DNA of 64,000 nt, taken from contig JAWLDA010000001.1 in assembly GCA_041686855.1 (NCBI GenBank), positions 111,700 to 175,699 on the forward strand. Reading direction: 5' to 3'. A program made the translations under genes and the position numbers. Source of the DNA: Limnochordia bacterium. GTDB lineage: Bacteria; Bacillota; Limnochordia; DTU080; RSA5. The notes under the pieces were generated by a model. That model ran no database searches. It saw only the letters and a program-made list of their open reading frames with translations, and was not told the origin of the DNA. Below are positions 9,790 to 19,778 of this stretch, one piece after another. Positions within the stretch are counted from its first letter, which is position 1. Every line of letters begins with the position of its first letter.

Positions 9790-10230
9790 CTACCACACGT
9801 GATCCATCGCCCCGGAGAGTGCACCAACATTGCCGCTACCCCACGCACTCCACGCTGTGGCTGCCGCGCTGACCGCCACTTGTGCTCCCGTGGCCACTAA
9901 TGCGATGGTAGTAGCTGTCCCGGTGAGAGCGCCAGTTAGCGTTCCCTTTCCGACTGCCTCGGCGAAACCACCGAAACTCTTTTCGCCCGGTGAGGTTGCG
10001 TAATAAAACGCGCTGCCAACAGCGCCTGCGATCGCACCGGCGACAATCGGATGAACCTCACCGGTGATCTGGTCCATTTCGCTCTCCGACAGTATTTCCA
10101 CATGCTCGGGTAACGTGCCGGGATTCGACACCTTGGACAAATCGCTGGAGGCAAAGCTCTGACTTGTCATCAAAGCCATTGCAACCAGCACAACGACGAT
10201 TCGGGAAGTTAACCCACGGATCATGCCCAT
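9790..10230 (-). CDS. small secreted glycine-zipper (GxxxG-rich) protein, bacteriocin-like
   Basis: Sec signal MGMIRGLTSRIVVVLVAMALMTSQSFA. Mature part is Gly/Ala/Thr-rich with GAIAGAVGS, GALTGTATT and ALSGA motifs. Start set at the internal MGM. The long ORF N-terminus is GC-poor and has no RBS. Confidence 0.55.
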   Translation of the reverse strand: MGMIRGLTSRIVVVLVAMALMTSQSFASSDLSKVSNPGTLPEHVEILSESEMDQITGEVHPIVAGAIAGAVGSAFYYATSPGEKSFGGFAEAVGKGTLTGALTGTATTIALVATGAQVAVSAAATAWSAWGSGNVGALSGAMDHVW

Positions 10231-10526
10231 TGTATAAGCCCCTTTGTGTTTTCCCCTCATAGGCGTGTGTCCATTGTAGAGGCGTTCTGATTTGGTATCA
10301 AATGCGATAAAGGCAGCAAATAGTCGATTACGGAAACGTTTCAATAGAAGACACAACACCGTAATCGCCTCCGTTCTCTCATTATCTCCGTTTCTCGCGG
10401 GACCCAGGGGCACTCTGCCGCGCATGAGTTTCCAGGAGAGTGTGTCGTTTCCCCGAAAGGTGATGCCAAAGACTGACGGGCGCACATCGGCGCATTTAGC
10501 GCACTTCATGGAGGAGCTGATCTCTG

Positions 10527-11525
10527 GTGATAGGAGCAGCGGTCGTAGGTGTCGGTTACGCGGGTGGACAGCATGCAGCGGCCTATCGGAGGCACCCAAA
10601 GACCGAGTTGCGGGGAATTGTTACCCGAGACCCCGACAATGTTGTGGGGGCCGACGACGTAAGGCTCATTACGGCTGATCTTGACGAAATGCTGGCAGAT
10701 TCCGACATTCATATCGTCTCGATCTGTACACCTGATGCCCTCCACGCAGAGCAGGTCGAAAAAGCGTTGGCCGCCGGCAAACATGTCGTTTGTGAGAAAC
10801 CGCTGGCGCCTTCTGTCGAGGAGTGCCGACGCATCCTGGACGCCGCCAAGGCATCCGGACGCAAGGTGATGACGGGACAGATCCTGCGATTCTCGCCTCA
10901 ATTCGAATCAATTCACAAAATGGTGCACCAAGGAGAATTGGGCGCTCCCTTTTTTGTGGAAGCGGACTACCTACACAATCTAGAGCCCTTCCTGGGTGGC
11001 TGGCGATCTGATCCTGACCATAAGCCTAACCTGACGCTCGGAGGCGGATGCCACCCCGTTGACCTGCTACGTTGGTTGGTCGGCGAGGTGGTAGAAGTGC
11101 ACGCTTACGGCAATCGCAAAGTGCTGCACGAGTCGGCGTATCCCCACGACTGCATTCTTATGAGTCTCACGTTTGCCACCGGTTGTATTGGAAAGGTCTT
11201 GGTGAGCGGGGGATGTAGGAGGCCGTACGCCCTCAACCTGTCGGTGTACGGAGATCAAGGGACGATCGAGAATGACAAGCTCTTCTTGGCCAAGATCGAT
11301 CATCTACAGGACTGGATGAATCTTTCCCTTCCAGTCGAAGAGGAGTACCCCTACTACTACGAAGAGATTGACCACCTCTTGCAATGTATCGAGCAGGATA
11401 CGTTACCCCGGGTTGACGCGGCTGAAGGGGCCCGTTCGGTAGCCGTTTGTCTGGCTGCGCAGCGCTCGATTGACGAAGGAAGGACCGTTAAGGTCGCTGA
11501 GGTCGAGTCGGAGATGGGGCTATAA
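10527..11525 (+). CDS. Gfo/Idh/MocA family oxidoreductase
   Basis: VVGVGYAGGQHAAAY Rossmann motif. CEKPLA motif. GTG start with GGAGGAG 10 bp upstream. Confidence 0.85.
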   Translation: MIGAAVVGVGYAGGQHAAAYRRHPKTELRGIVTRDPDNVVGADDVRLITADLDEMLADSDIHIVSICTPDALHAEQVEKALAAGKHVVCEKPLAPSVEECRRILDAAKASGRKVMTGQILRFSPQFESIHKMVHQGELGAPFFVEADYLHNLEPFLGGWRSDPDHKPNLTLGGGCHPVDLLRWLVGEVVEVHAYGNRKVLHESAYPHDCILMSLTFATGCIGKVLVSGGCRRPYALNLSVYGDQGTIENDKLFLAKIDHLQDWMNLSLPVEEEYPYYYEEIDHLLQCIEQDTLPRVDAAEGARSVAVCLAAQRSIDEGRTVKVAEVESEMGL

Positions 11526-11719
11526 ATCCAACCCAATAAACTAAAACACGCTCCTTGGGCTCCCGGATGGTCGGGGTGGCCGCCGCTTCCATCGCCATCT
11601 GCACAGAATGTGCGACACGTGAGTATCATGAGTGACCACTCTCATTAACCACTGAATCCCTCGGATTTAGGACGAATTCTCAGGTCGCCAACACTTCCAT
11701 AAAGGAGCGTGTTTTCCGA

Positions 11720-12043
11720 GTGAAGTTTAACTGCCTTTGCGGACGAGTCATTGTTGACAGTGCCGATTGCAGCCCGGTTAAAGCGCACGTTATTCCTGAT
11801 CAAGAAGCGTTCAGCATTCTTGACGCTATCGACGCAGCCATCTCTCATTCCGGATCGAGCGCCCATGCCAAAGCGGTGGCGTGTATGAAGGTGCGGGCGC
11901 TCCTGAGTGATGTGGCCCGACGTATTTGGCAATGTCAAGAGTGCGGGCGACTGTGGATCGAGGACAAGGCGAAAGAGATAAAGCTAAAGGCGTTTCGCCC
12001 GGAGTCGGGGGAGAACCTGGTCGGAATCCTAGCCAAAGAGTGA
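11720..12043 (+). CDS. small Cys-rich (zinc-ribbon-like) hypothetical protein
   Basis: CLC...C and CQEC pairs. GTG start preceded by AAGGAG. Ends 12 bp before the ADH start. Confidence 0.45.
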   Translation: MKFNCLCGRVIVDSADCSPVKAHVIPDQEAFSILDAIDAAISHSGSSAHAKAVACMKVRALLSDVARRIWQCQECGRLWIEDKAKEIKLKAFRPESGENLVGILAKE

Positions 12044-12054
12044 GGGCAGATTTC

Positions 12055-13047
12055 ATGAGAGTAGTGCGCTACGAAGGGAGCCGCCGTGTCTCGGTCGTCG
12101 AGGCGCCGGAGCCGAGACCGAAACCGGGCGAGGTGGTTGTAGAGATTGCCGTCTCGGCTCTATGCGGCAGTGAGTTGGGGGCGTATCGACGGGATCAAGG
12201 TACGCCCGGTAACAGCGGTCACGAAGCGGCAGGCGTCGTCGTCGAACTCGGTCCGGGCGTGAGTGCGTTGGAGGTCGGACAGCGGGTCGGCTTGAGCGCC
12301 GTCGTCGGGTGTGGTGCATGTCGTCAGTGTGACGCCGGAGCGTACACGTGGTGTCCAGATTACCGGGTGTATTCAAACATGCATGCAGAGCGTGTCGCGA
12401 TACCGGCCAGAGCGTGTCATGTTCTCCCGGACGATGTGGACTGGGACGTAGGGGTGTTGATAACGGGCGACGCGTTGGGCGTGCCCTATCACACGTCGAG
12501 AAAAATGGGATCCGATGTGAGGAGCGTTGCAATCTTTGGCGTTGGACCAGTCGGACTAGGTAACACCCTCGTACAGAGTTACCAGGGGCGAGACGTGATC
12601 GCCGTCGATTTGTCGCCGAAGCGCCTCGAGCTGGCTCGGGGCCTCGGGGCCGTACATACGGTGAACGCTGCAGAAAAGGATCCCGTAGAGGCTGTTGTCG
12701 TCCTGACGTCCAGCGATGGGGCCGATGTCTGTATTGAAGCGGCCGGGCGACCGACAACGTTAAAGCAGTGTTTTAAAGCGGTGCGAACAGGCGGTCACGT
12801 CGTCATGAACGGCGAGCAAGGGAGTGTAGAGCTCTCACCCAGCAACGATTTTATTCGCCGGGATATCACGGCGACCGGGTCGTGGTTTTATCACTACGCG
12901 GAGTTCCATCAAATGCTTACACTCTATCGACAGGGGCTGCGCGTTCGCGACCTGGTGACGCATCGATTCGATCTTGAGCGGGCTGACGAGGCGTTCGCGC
13001 TCTTTGATGCTGGTGAGACTGGGAAGGTACTTTTGGAAATGAAATAG
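12055..13047 (+). CDS. zinc-dependent alcohol dehydrogenase (MDR superfamily, sorbitol/threonine-DH-like)
   Basis: GHEAAGVV catalytic-zinc motif. CGACRQCDAGAYTWC structural-zinc motif. GVGPVG NAD motif. Start at internal Met with GAGTGAGGG upstream. The upstream ORF extension is an Arg/Gly-rich artefact. Confidence 0.85.
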   Translation: MRVVRYEGSRRVSVVEAPEPRPKPGEVVVEIAVSALCGSELGAYRRDQGTPGNSGHEAAGVVVELGPGVSALEVGQRVGLSAVVGCGACRQCDAGAYTWCPDYRVYSNMHAERVAIPARACHVLPDDVDWDVGVLITGDALGVPYHTSRKMGSDVRSVAIFGVGPVGLGNTLVQSYQGRDVIAVDLSPKRLELARGLGAVHTVNAAEKDPVEAVVVLTSSDGADVCIEAAGRPTTLKQCFKAVRTGGHVVMNGEQGSVELSPSNDFIRRDITATGSWFYHYAEFHQMLTLYRQGLRVRDLVTHRFDLERADEAFALFDAGETGKVLLEMK

Positions 13048-13161
13048 TAATTCATTACAATTTGACCACTTCTCACCCCAAATTGGGAATTCTGTGGTAC
13101 AATTTTGTATTGGTGGTACGACCAGTAGACCGATGGACATTACAACAAAGGAGTGCGATCA

Positions 13162-14475
13162 ATGAGGTTGGCAAAAGGAATGCGCGTTGGACTTTTCACC
13201 ATCGTATTCTGCCTGCTCATCAGCGGGGCGCTGGCGGCCGCGCCGGTGAACATCACGATGTGGCACCCGTTCCCCGATCGGGAGGAGTTTGGCGCTTGGC
13301 AGACGCTGGTGGACAGGTTTAATGCCGAGAATCCGGATATTAGCGTAACGTTGGAGGGTAAAGCGGGCATGACCTCCAGCCCTGACGGGTTGATTGTACC
13401 GGTCGCCAGCGGCGCCGGTCCCGATCTTGCCTTTTTTAGTTACGCTTGGACCCCGATGCTCTCGGCTAACGAGGTCTTTCTCAATCTGCGGCCTATGATG
13501 GAAAGGGACGGCTTCCTTCCTGAGCTGGAAGAAGATTTCCTCCCCGGTACACACAGCGCCCTCGGATGGCAAGGCGGAATTTACGGGGTGCCGGCCGACG
13601 TATCGGTGATGGTGCCGATGTATCTCCCCGAGGTACTCGACGTCTCGGGTGTGGCCGCGCCCGCGCCAGGCTGGACCTGGGACGACATGATCGACCTCGT
13701 ACGATCGGTGCGGCGGATGGGCTCTAACGGTGAGTGGGACATCTATCCGGGGTTGGACGATCATCCCCTCCACACTTACCTTCCAATCGTGTTGCAGGCC
13801 GGCGCCCGTTTCTTTGACAACGACGCGCGCAGCTCCGCAGTCGACAGTGCTGAGATGCGAGAAGGGCTCGAGTTTCTGACTCGTCTCTTTGACGAGGAGT
13901 ACCTCGTCTGGACCCCCGACCGCCGCGATGTCTTTATGGCGGGCAAAGGTGCCATCCTCTTTGGTTCGGATGCTTCTATCGGAAACCTCTTCTTGGACCA
14001 ACGGCCAAATATGCGGGTCGCGCATCCACCGCGCCACCCCAATCGGGAGCCGGTCACGTCCATGGTCTTTCACTCGCTCTCGGTCGTACGGTCCGGTGAT
14101 TCCGAGCGCGAAGAGGCTGCGTGGAAACTCCTGCGTTACCTTACCACCACGGATTCCTTAGTACATGTTGCCCGCATTAGTGGTAAGATGCCTCCACGGA
14201 TCAGCGCGCTCCGAGATGCCGACTTCCAGTACGATCGACGGGAGTACCCGGCGCTGATGGACGTCCTCGAAGTGCTTCCGATGGGAACGACCGATGGTTG
14301 GGTGGGAGTTCCCGATGCAGGACCGTACTTGCGGGGTGTCCTCTCGGCAGGACTGGGCAAAGCACGACCCGGTCCCAATCGGGCCAGTGTCGAAGAGATT
14401 GTGGAAGAGATGCACGTCGGCACGCAAAACGTGCTCGATGATTTCTGGAACAATTACCAAGCCACGGATCGCTAG
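13162..14475 (+). CDS. ABC transporter substrate-binding protein (carbohydrate), orphan
   Basis: Signal peptide MRLAKGMRVGLFTIVFCLLISGALAAAP. AAGGAG 8 bp before ATG. SBP family-1 architecture. Confidence 0.85.
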   Translation: MRLAKGMRVGLFTIVFCLLISGALAAAPVNITMWHPFPDREEFGAWQTLVDRFNAENPDISVTLEGKAGMTSSPDGLIVPVASGAGPDLAFFSYAWTPMLSANEVFLNLRPMMERDGFLPELEEDFLPGTHSALGWQGGIYGVPADVSVMVPMYLPEVLDVSGVAAPAPGWTWDDMIDLVRSVRRMGSNGEWDIYPGLDDHPLHTYLPIVLQAGARFFDNDARSSAVDSAEMREGLEFLTRLFDEEYLVWTPDRRDVFMAGKGAILFGSDASIGNLFLDQRPNMRVAHPPRHPNREPVTSMVFHSLSVVRSGDSEREEAAWKLLRYLTTTDSLVHVARISGKMPPRISALRDADFQYDRREYPALMDVLEVLPMGTTDGWVGVPDAGPYLRGVLSAGLGKARPGPNRASVEEIVEEMHVGTQNVLDDFWNNYQATDR

Positions 14476-14521
14476 TAAGCGTTGAGGAAATCGGGGGAGA
14501 GCGCCGCGTGCGCTCTCCTCT

Positions 14522-15673
14522 TTGGATTTGTGTGTGAGAAAGGGTGCGAGCTCGTTGGAGATTGTTGACGGTGCGTTTCGGGTTGGCATAGTAGGGTTGG
14601 GTCGAAGGGCCGGGGGGTGGAACTCGACTAGCCCTGGCTGGTCTGACGAAGTGGTGCACGGCAAGTTTGACACGTTTTTGCCCCCGTATCCATGGACTCA
14701 TGCCAGCGCGTACAGTTATTTGCGTGAGACGAGGATTGTCGCAGGCGCTGACGTGGATGCAGAGGCACGGGAGATTTTCGGCCGTCGATGGCGGGTGGAC
14801 GACCTTTATGCATCGTACGAGGAGATGCTTGCGAACGAAGCCCTCGACATTGTGAGTGTCACCACTCAGGCTCCACTCCACGCTGAGGTTGTGGCCGCTT
14901 CCATCCGCGCCGGCGTTCGCGGCGTGTACGTGGAGAAACCCTTGGCGTGCACGTTGCGGGAAGTGGACGAGCTTGTTGAGATGTGCGAAACTTCCAAGAC
15001 CGCCCTTGCTTACGGAGCCCAACGGCGCTACGATAAGCCCTTTGAAGAGGCGACCGCCCATGCACGCTCGGGGTTGTTGGGAACCATTCAGCGAGCCTAT
15101 TCGATCTCGTTTGGCGGCGGTCTCTTCCATTCGCATTCGCACACGGTGGATACGCTCCTCTACCTCTTGGGCGATCCGGTACCTGTGGCCGTGAGGGCCC
15201 AACTAACTGGTGTCGAGCTCGAGGATGGCCATGAGGGTCGCAGGTTTGCCCGCGACCCCGGTGTCGCATGGATGAGCGTTGAATGTGAGGGCGGCGTTTC
15301 GTTTGACATTCTCACAGTCGCAGCGAAACGAGTGGAGTACGCTCTCTTGGGCACCCAGGGCGAGGCGCGGATTCGCAATAACGGGCGGAGCTTAGAACTG
15401 TCTCTCATGGATGATGAAGCCAGCGATAATTTGCTGGGCCAAGTGCTCCGCCGCGGTGAGGAAGAGACCTATCCCTATATGTCGACCGGCGGCGCAAATC
15501 TCGTTAAAGATCTCCTCGATTCTGTGCGGACGGGCCAATCTCCGCGAGGCGGTATGCACCAGGCGCGCTGGGGTATGGAAGTGCTCTTCGGCGCGGTGGA
15601 CTCACACCTTGCCGGTGGTAAGCCCATTGAGCTGCCGCTCGCACGCAGAGACGCGTACGTCCCTTCACGCTAA
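14522..15673 (+). CDS. Gfo/Idh/MocA-like oxidoreductase with atypical N-terminal insertion
   Basis: RVGIVGLGRRAG Rossmann motif, then a ~30-aa insertion, then YVEKPLA. The true start is possibly a downstream TTG/GTG (LEIVDG...). Confidence 0.7.
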   Translation: MDLCVRKGASSLEIVDGAFRVGIVGLGRRAGGWNSTSPGWSDEVVHGKFDTFLPPYPWTHASAYSYLRETRIVAGADVDAEAREIFGRRWRVDDLYASYEEMLANEALDIVSVTTQAPLHAEVVAASIRAGVRGVYVEKPLACTLREVDELVEMCETSKTALAYGAQRRYDKPFEEATAHARSGLLGTIQRAYSISFGGGLFHSHSHTVDTLLYLLGDPVPVAVRAQLTGVELEDGHEGRRFARDPGVAWMSVECEGGVSFDILTVAAKRVEYALLGTQGEARIRNNGRSLELSLMDDEASDNLLGQVLRRGEEETYPYMSTGGANLVKDLLDSVRTGQSPRGGMHQARWGMEVLFGAVDSHLAGGKPIELPLARRDAYVPSR

Positions 15674-15692
15674 AGTCCGGGAGGATCCATCT

Positions 15693-16889
15693 ATGCGAAC
15701 GGTTGAGAACTGGTCAGAGCTCGCCGCGTATTCGGGATTAAAAGCCGCTGAAGTCCTCGATCACGAACAAAGAGAGGCGTACCTGGCCAATTGGAATCAA
15801 TTGCAGGCCAACTACGGTGAAAACGTCGAGTTTCAATTGCGACGTGAACAGACGCTCTTGCGCCCGGAAACAGCCGACTTTCTCTACACAGAGTTCACTC
15901 CACTTGCGACTCGGTACAAATCGGGGATGCGACCTGAACTGGAGCAACTCGTCCATTCGCTGACGTCCCGCTGTGAGTCCGACCGTGACAAAGCGCTCTC
16001 CATCATGCGCTTCACCCGAGATTTGTATCAGCGCGTCGATGGGCGACAACTCTTCTTTGGCGGGACGGAGGAAGCGTTGATCCGAAAAGGCGAGCAGCTG
16101 TGCGAGTGCTTGGGACGCCTAATGGTGGCGCTTGCCGAAATAGCCGGAATACCCGGGCGGATCGTCATGCACGTGATCGGTGGTCACATCGTCTCTGAAC
16201 TCTATGTCGACGGATCGTGGGCTTACTTCGATCCTCGGTGCGGGGTGTACTTTGTGAAGCCCGATGGTCGCCTAGCTTCGACGTGGGAGCTTTGGCGCAA
16301 TCCTGAGCTCACACTGGACCAACCGGCCGAGGTAAAAGCAGATGTCTCGCCCCGATGGTCGTGGGAGGAACGGGCGCGTATTTGCAGGGAGCGATACTTT
16401 CATCCCCGCGAAGTGAATGGTTTTCAAAACTACTCATTGGCCGACGCTGCGAAGTATAACTACGAGTGGCTCACCCACCACGATTTGGCCCGAAATGGAA
16501 TGAATCGTGCTGCCCGCAGATACCGAGCCGCGATTGAGCGCGTGCTGGGTTCGTCGTTTCCCCCGCAAAGCCTCACACTTTCACTCCTTGAGAACCAAAT
16601 CGTAAGCGGTCGCGTCTTGGTCGCCGCGAAGCCGGAGGGATTTCCGGTTCCCCCTGTCGACTTGGCGTTTTATGTCGACGGTAATCCAGTACCGTTGACC
16701 CGATCGTTCGAGACGTTTCCTTCCTTTGACGGTACTCTTGCCTGGTGGTGGGAGACAAACGAGGTGCCAGACGGTCTCCGCGAGGTTCGAGTCCAAACCG
16801 AGGAAGGAGGGGAACGTCCGGTCGAAGCGAGGGTGCGGGTGCACGTTGCAAACGAGCGCGCTCATGGGGCGGAGGGAATGCGATGCTGA
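15693..16889 (+). CDS. transglutaminase-like (Cys-His-Asp) domain protein
   Basis: Core GEQLCECLGRLMVALAEIAGIPGRIV...GGHIVSELYVDGSWAYFDP. Start at internal Met with GGGAGG upstream. The first 94 codons of the raw ORF overlap the preceding gene. Confidence 0.7.
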   Translation: MRTVENWSELAAYSGLKAAEVLDHEQREAYLANWNQLQANYGENVEFQLRREQTLLRPETADFLYTEFTPLATRYKSGMRPELEQLVHSLTSRCESDRDKALSIMRFTRDLYQRVDGRQLFFGGTEEALIRKGEQLCECLGRLMVALAEIAGIPGRIVMHVIGGHIVSELYVDGSWAYFDPRCGVYFVKPDGRLASTWELWRNPELTLDQPAEVKADVSPRWSWEERARICRERYFHPREVNGFQNYSLADAAKYNYEWLTHHDLARNGMNRAARRYRAAIERVLGSSFPPQSLTLSLLENQIVSGRVLVAAKPEGFPVPPVDLAFYVDGNPVPLTRSFETFPSFDGTLAWWWETNEVPDGLREVRVQTEEGGERPVEARVRVHVANERAHGAEGMRC

Positions 16890-16972
16890 TTTTACTGTTC
16901 GCGGGTAGATCCTAATTCAAAGTGATCCGTCGAAGTCGACAACAATAAACATTCTTAGGGGGGGAAACAGAC

Positions 16973-18267
16973 ATGAAGAGACGCTCATGGTTTCGTACGT
17001 TCTTTTTCGTTGTGAGTATGGTCTTGGTTATAGGAGCGGGAATCACTCAAGCAAAGATTGTGGTGTTGGCATGGCCGAGTATTGCTCAAATCCACGATTT
17101 GGAGGGTGCTGTTGAGCGGTTTAACACGTTGCATCCCGAAATTGAAGTCGAGTTTCTGTTGGGTGCGTCAAACTCTCGCGGTTACATCGAGCAAGTGATG
17201 ATTATGCAAGCGTCTGGCCAACAGGTGGACGTTGTGACCGCCATGCCTCACTGGGGTCTTCCATTGGCTATTGGTGACGGGACGACTGATCTCATCCCGT
17301 ACCTCAACGCAGCCGGTTTAAATGACTCTGATTATGCCCCCGGGACTTTGGATGGTTTCCGATGGAACTCGGAAGTTTGGGGGTTGCCGCTGAGCGTCCT
17401 GCTTTATGGTTCAGCATACAACGAGCGTCTCTTGACCGAGAGTGGGTTTGCTGCGCCTCAAGACTCTGATTGGACTTGGGAGACGGTTGTAGAAATGGCT
17501 CGTAGAACCACGTTGGAGATCGTTCAGGTGATGGCGTGGCAGACCAATATGGCGTCGACGCAGGCGGAAGTCCGCGAACACTCTTCCTCTATCCGCTTGT
17601 TAACCAAGCCGGCGGGCTCGCGTATGACCGATATGTGGATCCGCAGCGCGCGTTATGGACGGAGTCCTATGTAACCAGGGCCCTGGAATATTACCTTGGG
17701 CTTTTTGAGAATGGGTACGCTCCGCGTTCGGGGCACATACCTGCAAACATTGGCTGGAACGAAGGGAACGTTGCATTTCGAATGATTGCGGGACCAACGT
17801 CCTATGCAACGCTTGCAGAGTCGCTTGGGCATCGGGAAGTGAAGTTCATCCAAGCACCTCGCGGACCTGTTCGAGGCGGAAATCAAATCGCCGCGTATGG
17901 GGTCAATATGACGGCGACGAGTCAACATAAAGACGAAGCCTGGATGTTCATGGAGTATGTCTCGACTTCCGCGGCTGAGCTCCTTGAGAGATATCGTGAG
18001 CCTTCAAGACAGCGTCCATCCTCGTATATACCGAACATCCAACACTTTATGGAGCTGGACGACATTGCCGATCTTCCGGTGTGGCAAGCGCTCGCAGTGA
18101 ATCCGGACAATACTCCTCGATATGCACTCAGGGGCGAGTCGAGAATTAATGATGCGATTCAGAATGCCCTGTTAGACGTCGTGAATCAGGAACAAGCGCT
18201 ACCAGCGGCAGTGGAGAATATCCAACGTGTCGTTCAATCGATTTTAGACGAAGAACACAGCAGGTAA
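16973..18267 (+). pseudogene. ABC sugar substrate-binding protein gene disrupted by a frameshift near 17500-17540
   Basis: Two overlapping ORFs (16973-17674 and 17536-18267) each carry half of an SBP: signal peptide plus N-lobe, then a FLYPLVNQAGG...YY..LF C-lobe. Local GC is ~50%. Confidence 0.6.
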
Positions 18268-18269
18268 TA

Positions 18270-19768
18270 GTGAACAATCGTCTTCGATTCGTGACGGTGG
18301 GGGAACAGGTTGTGGGAAACACAAGGCCCGAATTGCTTATTTTGCAACCGAGTGATCCGGAAGAACCAAGTTTCGTCTCGTTGGTTGAGCGATGCGTTGA
18401 ACGTGGGTTATACTTCACGTTTGATTCACATGAGCGGCTCCCTGTGAGCATAGGCACGGACCTTAGTTCGTATCGAGCGATTGTACTTGATCCAAGACTT
18501 CGGTGGAAAGACCGGGAACCGTACGCAACTCCACTCAAAGAGTATATAGCGCAGGGGGGAGTCGTCCGCGAGTTCTCCACAATCGATTCGTTTAGACGAG
18601 ATCTGGAGAATCCATATGACAACTTTCTTGACTTGCTGATCGACCAAGTCGGATTAACACCCCAGCACCCCGGGATTCGATCGGCATTGGCATCTAGAGA
18701 TGATCGACAACTGCTAGAGTCGCTTGTTGATAGTGCGCTGGAACCATCACGACACCGTCCGCACCTGGATCAAAGCCTTCACTCACTCTACACAAGTCTC
18801 GGTGACACGGGGAGTTATTGGGCCCGACGCCCGTTGATGCTTGCGGGTTTGTATTTTCAAGATCCCGAAATTCTCGAGAAAGTCGTGCACTGGGTCGACC
18901 TTACAATGGCATCCCGTGAGAACCCACCCCTTCATCTCGACGGAGTATCGGATGCCTGTACTTGGATTTGGGCTTTCAAATCAACGGGGAATGAACAATA
19001 CCTTCATTACATTAGGGAACGTGTGGATCGTGTCATCCGCACGTTCCCCCGGGTCCACGGAGTTGCGAGCCACAGCGTGTGGATGACTACTGAGTCGTGT
19101 GCGATGTTGGCGCCGACACTCGCCGCATTGGGAGCCTGCTTAGACGAACCGGAGTACACTGATCGCGCTATCGATCACTTGGAAAGGGTGTACCGCCACC
19201 ACTTCGATCGGAGCGACGGGTTGTGGCATCACGGGACGCGCCCGGGAAAAAAACCGCAGCAAAGTGGGGGCGAGGCCAGGGTTGGGCCCTCTATGGGATT
19301 GCTGGGACGCTCGAAGCCCTACCGCCGAATCACGCAAAGCGGGCTTGGTTGTGCCAACGAATCGAAGAAGCGGCTATCTCAATGGGGCGTCTCCAAGATC
19401 CAGAGACAGGGTGTTGGTACAACATCTTAACGGATCCTATGAGTGGATTGGAGAGCAGCATCACCTCAATGGCCGTCGAGGTGTTCTCTCAAGCCTGGAG
19501 CGCGGGATGGTGTAACAACGAGTTCTTGCCCGCAATGATTAGAAAGGCATGGGCTGGCCTTAAAGCTCGCACGTTTCGAGAACGCACGGTCGGATGGTGT
19601 CCGGGCACGGGGATGTCAACTGAGTATCGGTATTACCTGCGTCGCCCACGGGTGTCGCAACCCTCGTACATCATTTCGGCGAACGTTCGCTATCTAGAAG
19701 CATTTGATGCGCCAGCGGCGCACCGTGGGACTGCATCGCAACCAAGACCTCATCTTGAAGCACCGTAA
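18270..19768 (+). pseudogene. GH105/GH88-family unsaturated glucuronyl/rhamnogalacturonyl hydrolase gene split by a -1 frameshift at an A7 run (~19240)
   Basis: The downstream frame carries the family motif KWGRGQGWALYG...QDPETGCWYNILTDP. The frames meet at GGGAAAAAAACC (the A_AAA_AAA heptamer). Confidence 0.6.
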
Positions 19769-19778
19769 AAGATCCAGG

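Noticed and set aside
12053-12757. 234-aa ORF antisense to the alcohol dehydrogenase gene (similar cases: 13159-14073, 14201-15202, 32007-32747, 36475-37245, 46072-46857, 47272-48153, 47997-48776, 49873-50577, 50722-51438, 52268-52879)
   Set aside because: These are stop-codon-poor reverse frames of high-GC coding DNA. Their products are Arg/Pro/Ser-rich with no motifs. The sense-strand genes have clear family signatures and ribosome-binding sites.
15411-15692. N-terminal 94-codon extension of the transglutaminase-like ORF overlapping the preceding Gfo gene (similar extensions at 11926, 13153, 20889, 22243, 2442, 10599, 25007)
   Set aside because: In each case an internal Met/GTG with a good GGAGG-type RBS lies just after the upstream gene's stop. 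The extension is Arg/Cys-rich overlap sequence.
16973-19768. Treating 16973-17674, 17536-18267, 18270-19430 and 19223-19768 as four separate genes
   Set aside because: Each pair forms one contiguous family-typical protein (SBP; GH105) when joined across a single frameshift. They are reported as disrupted genes instead.
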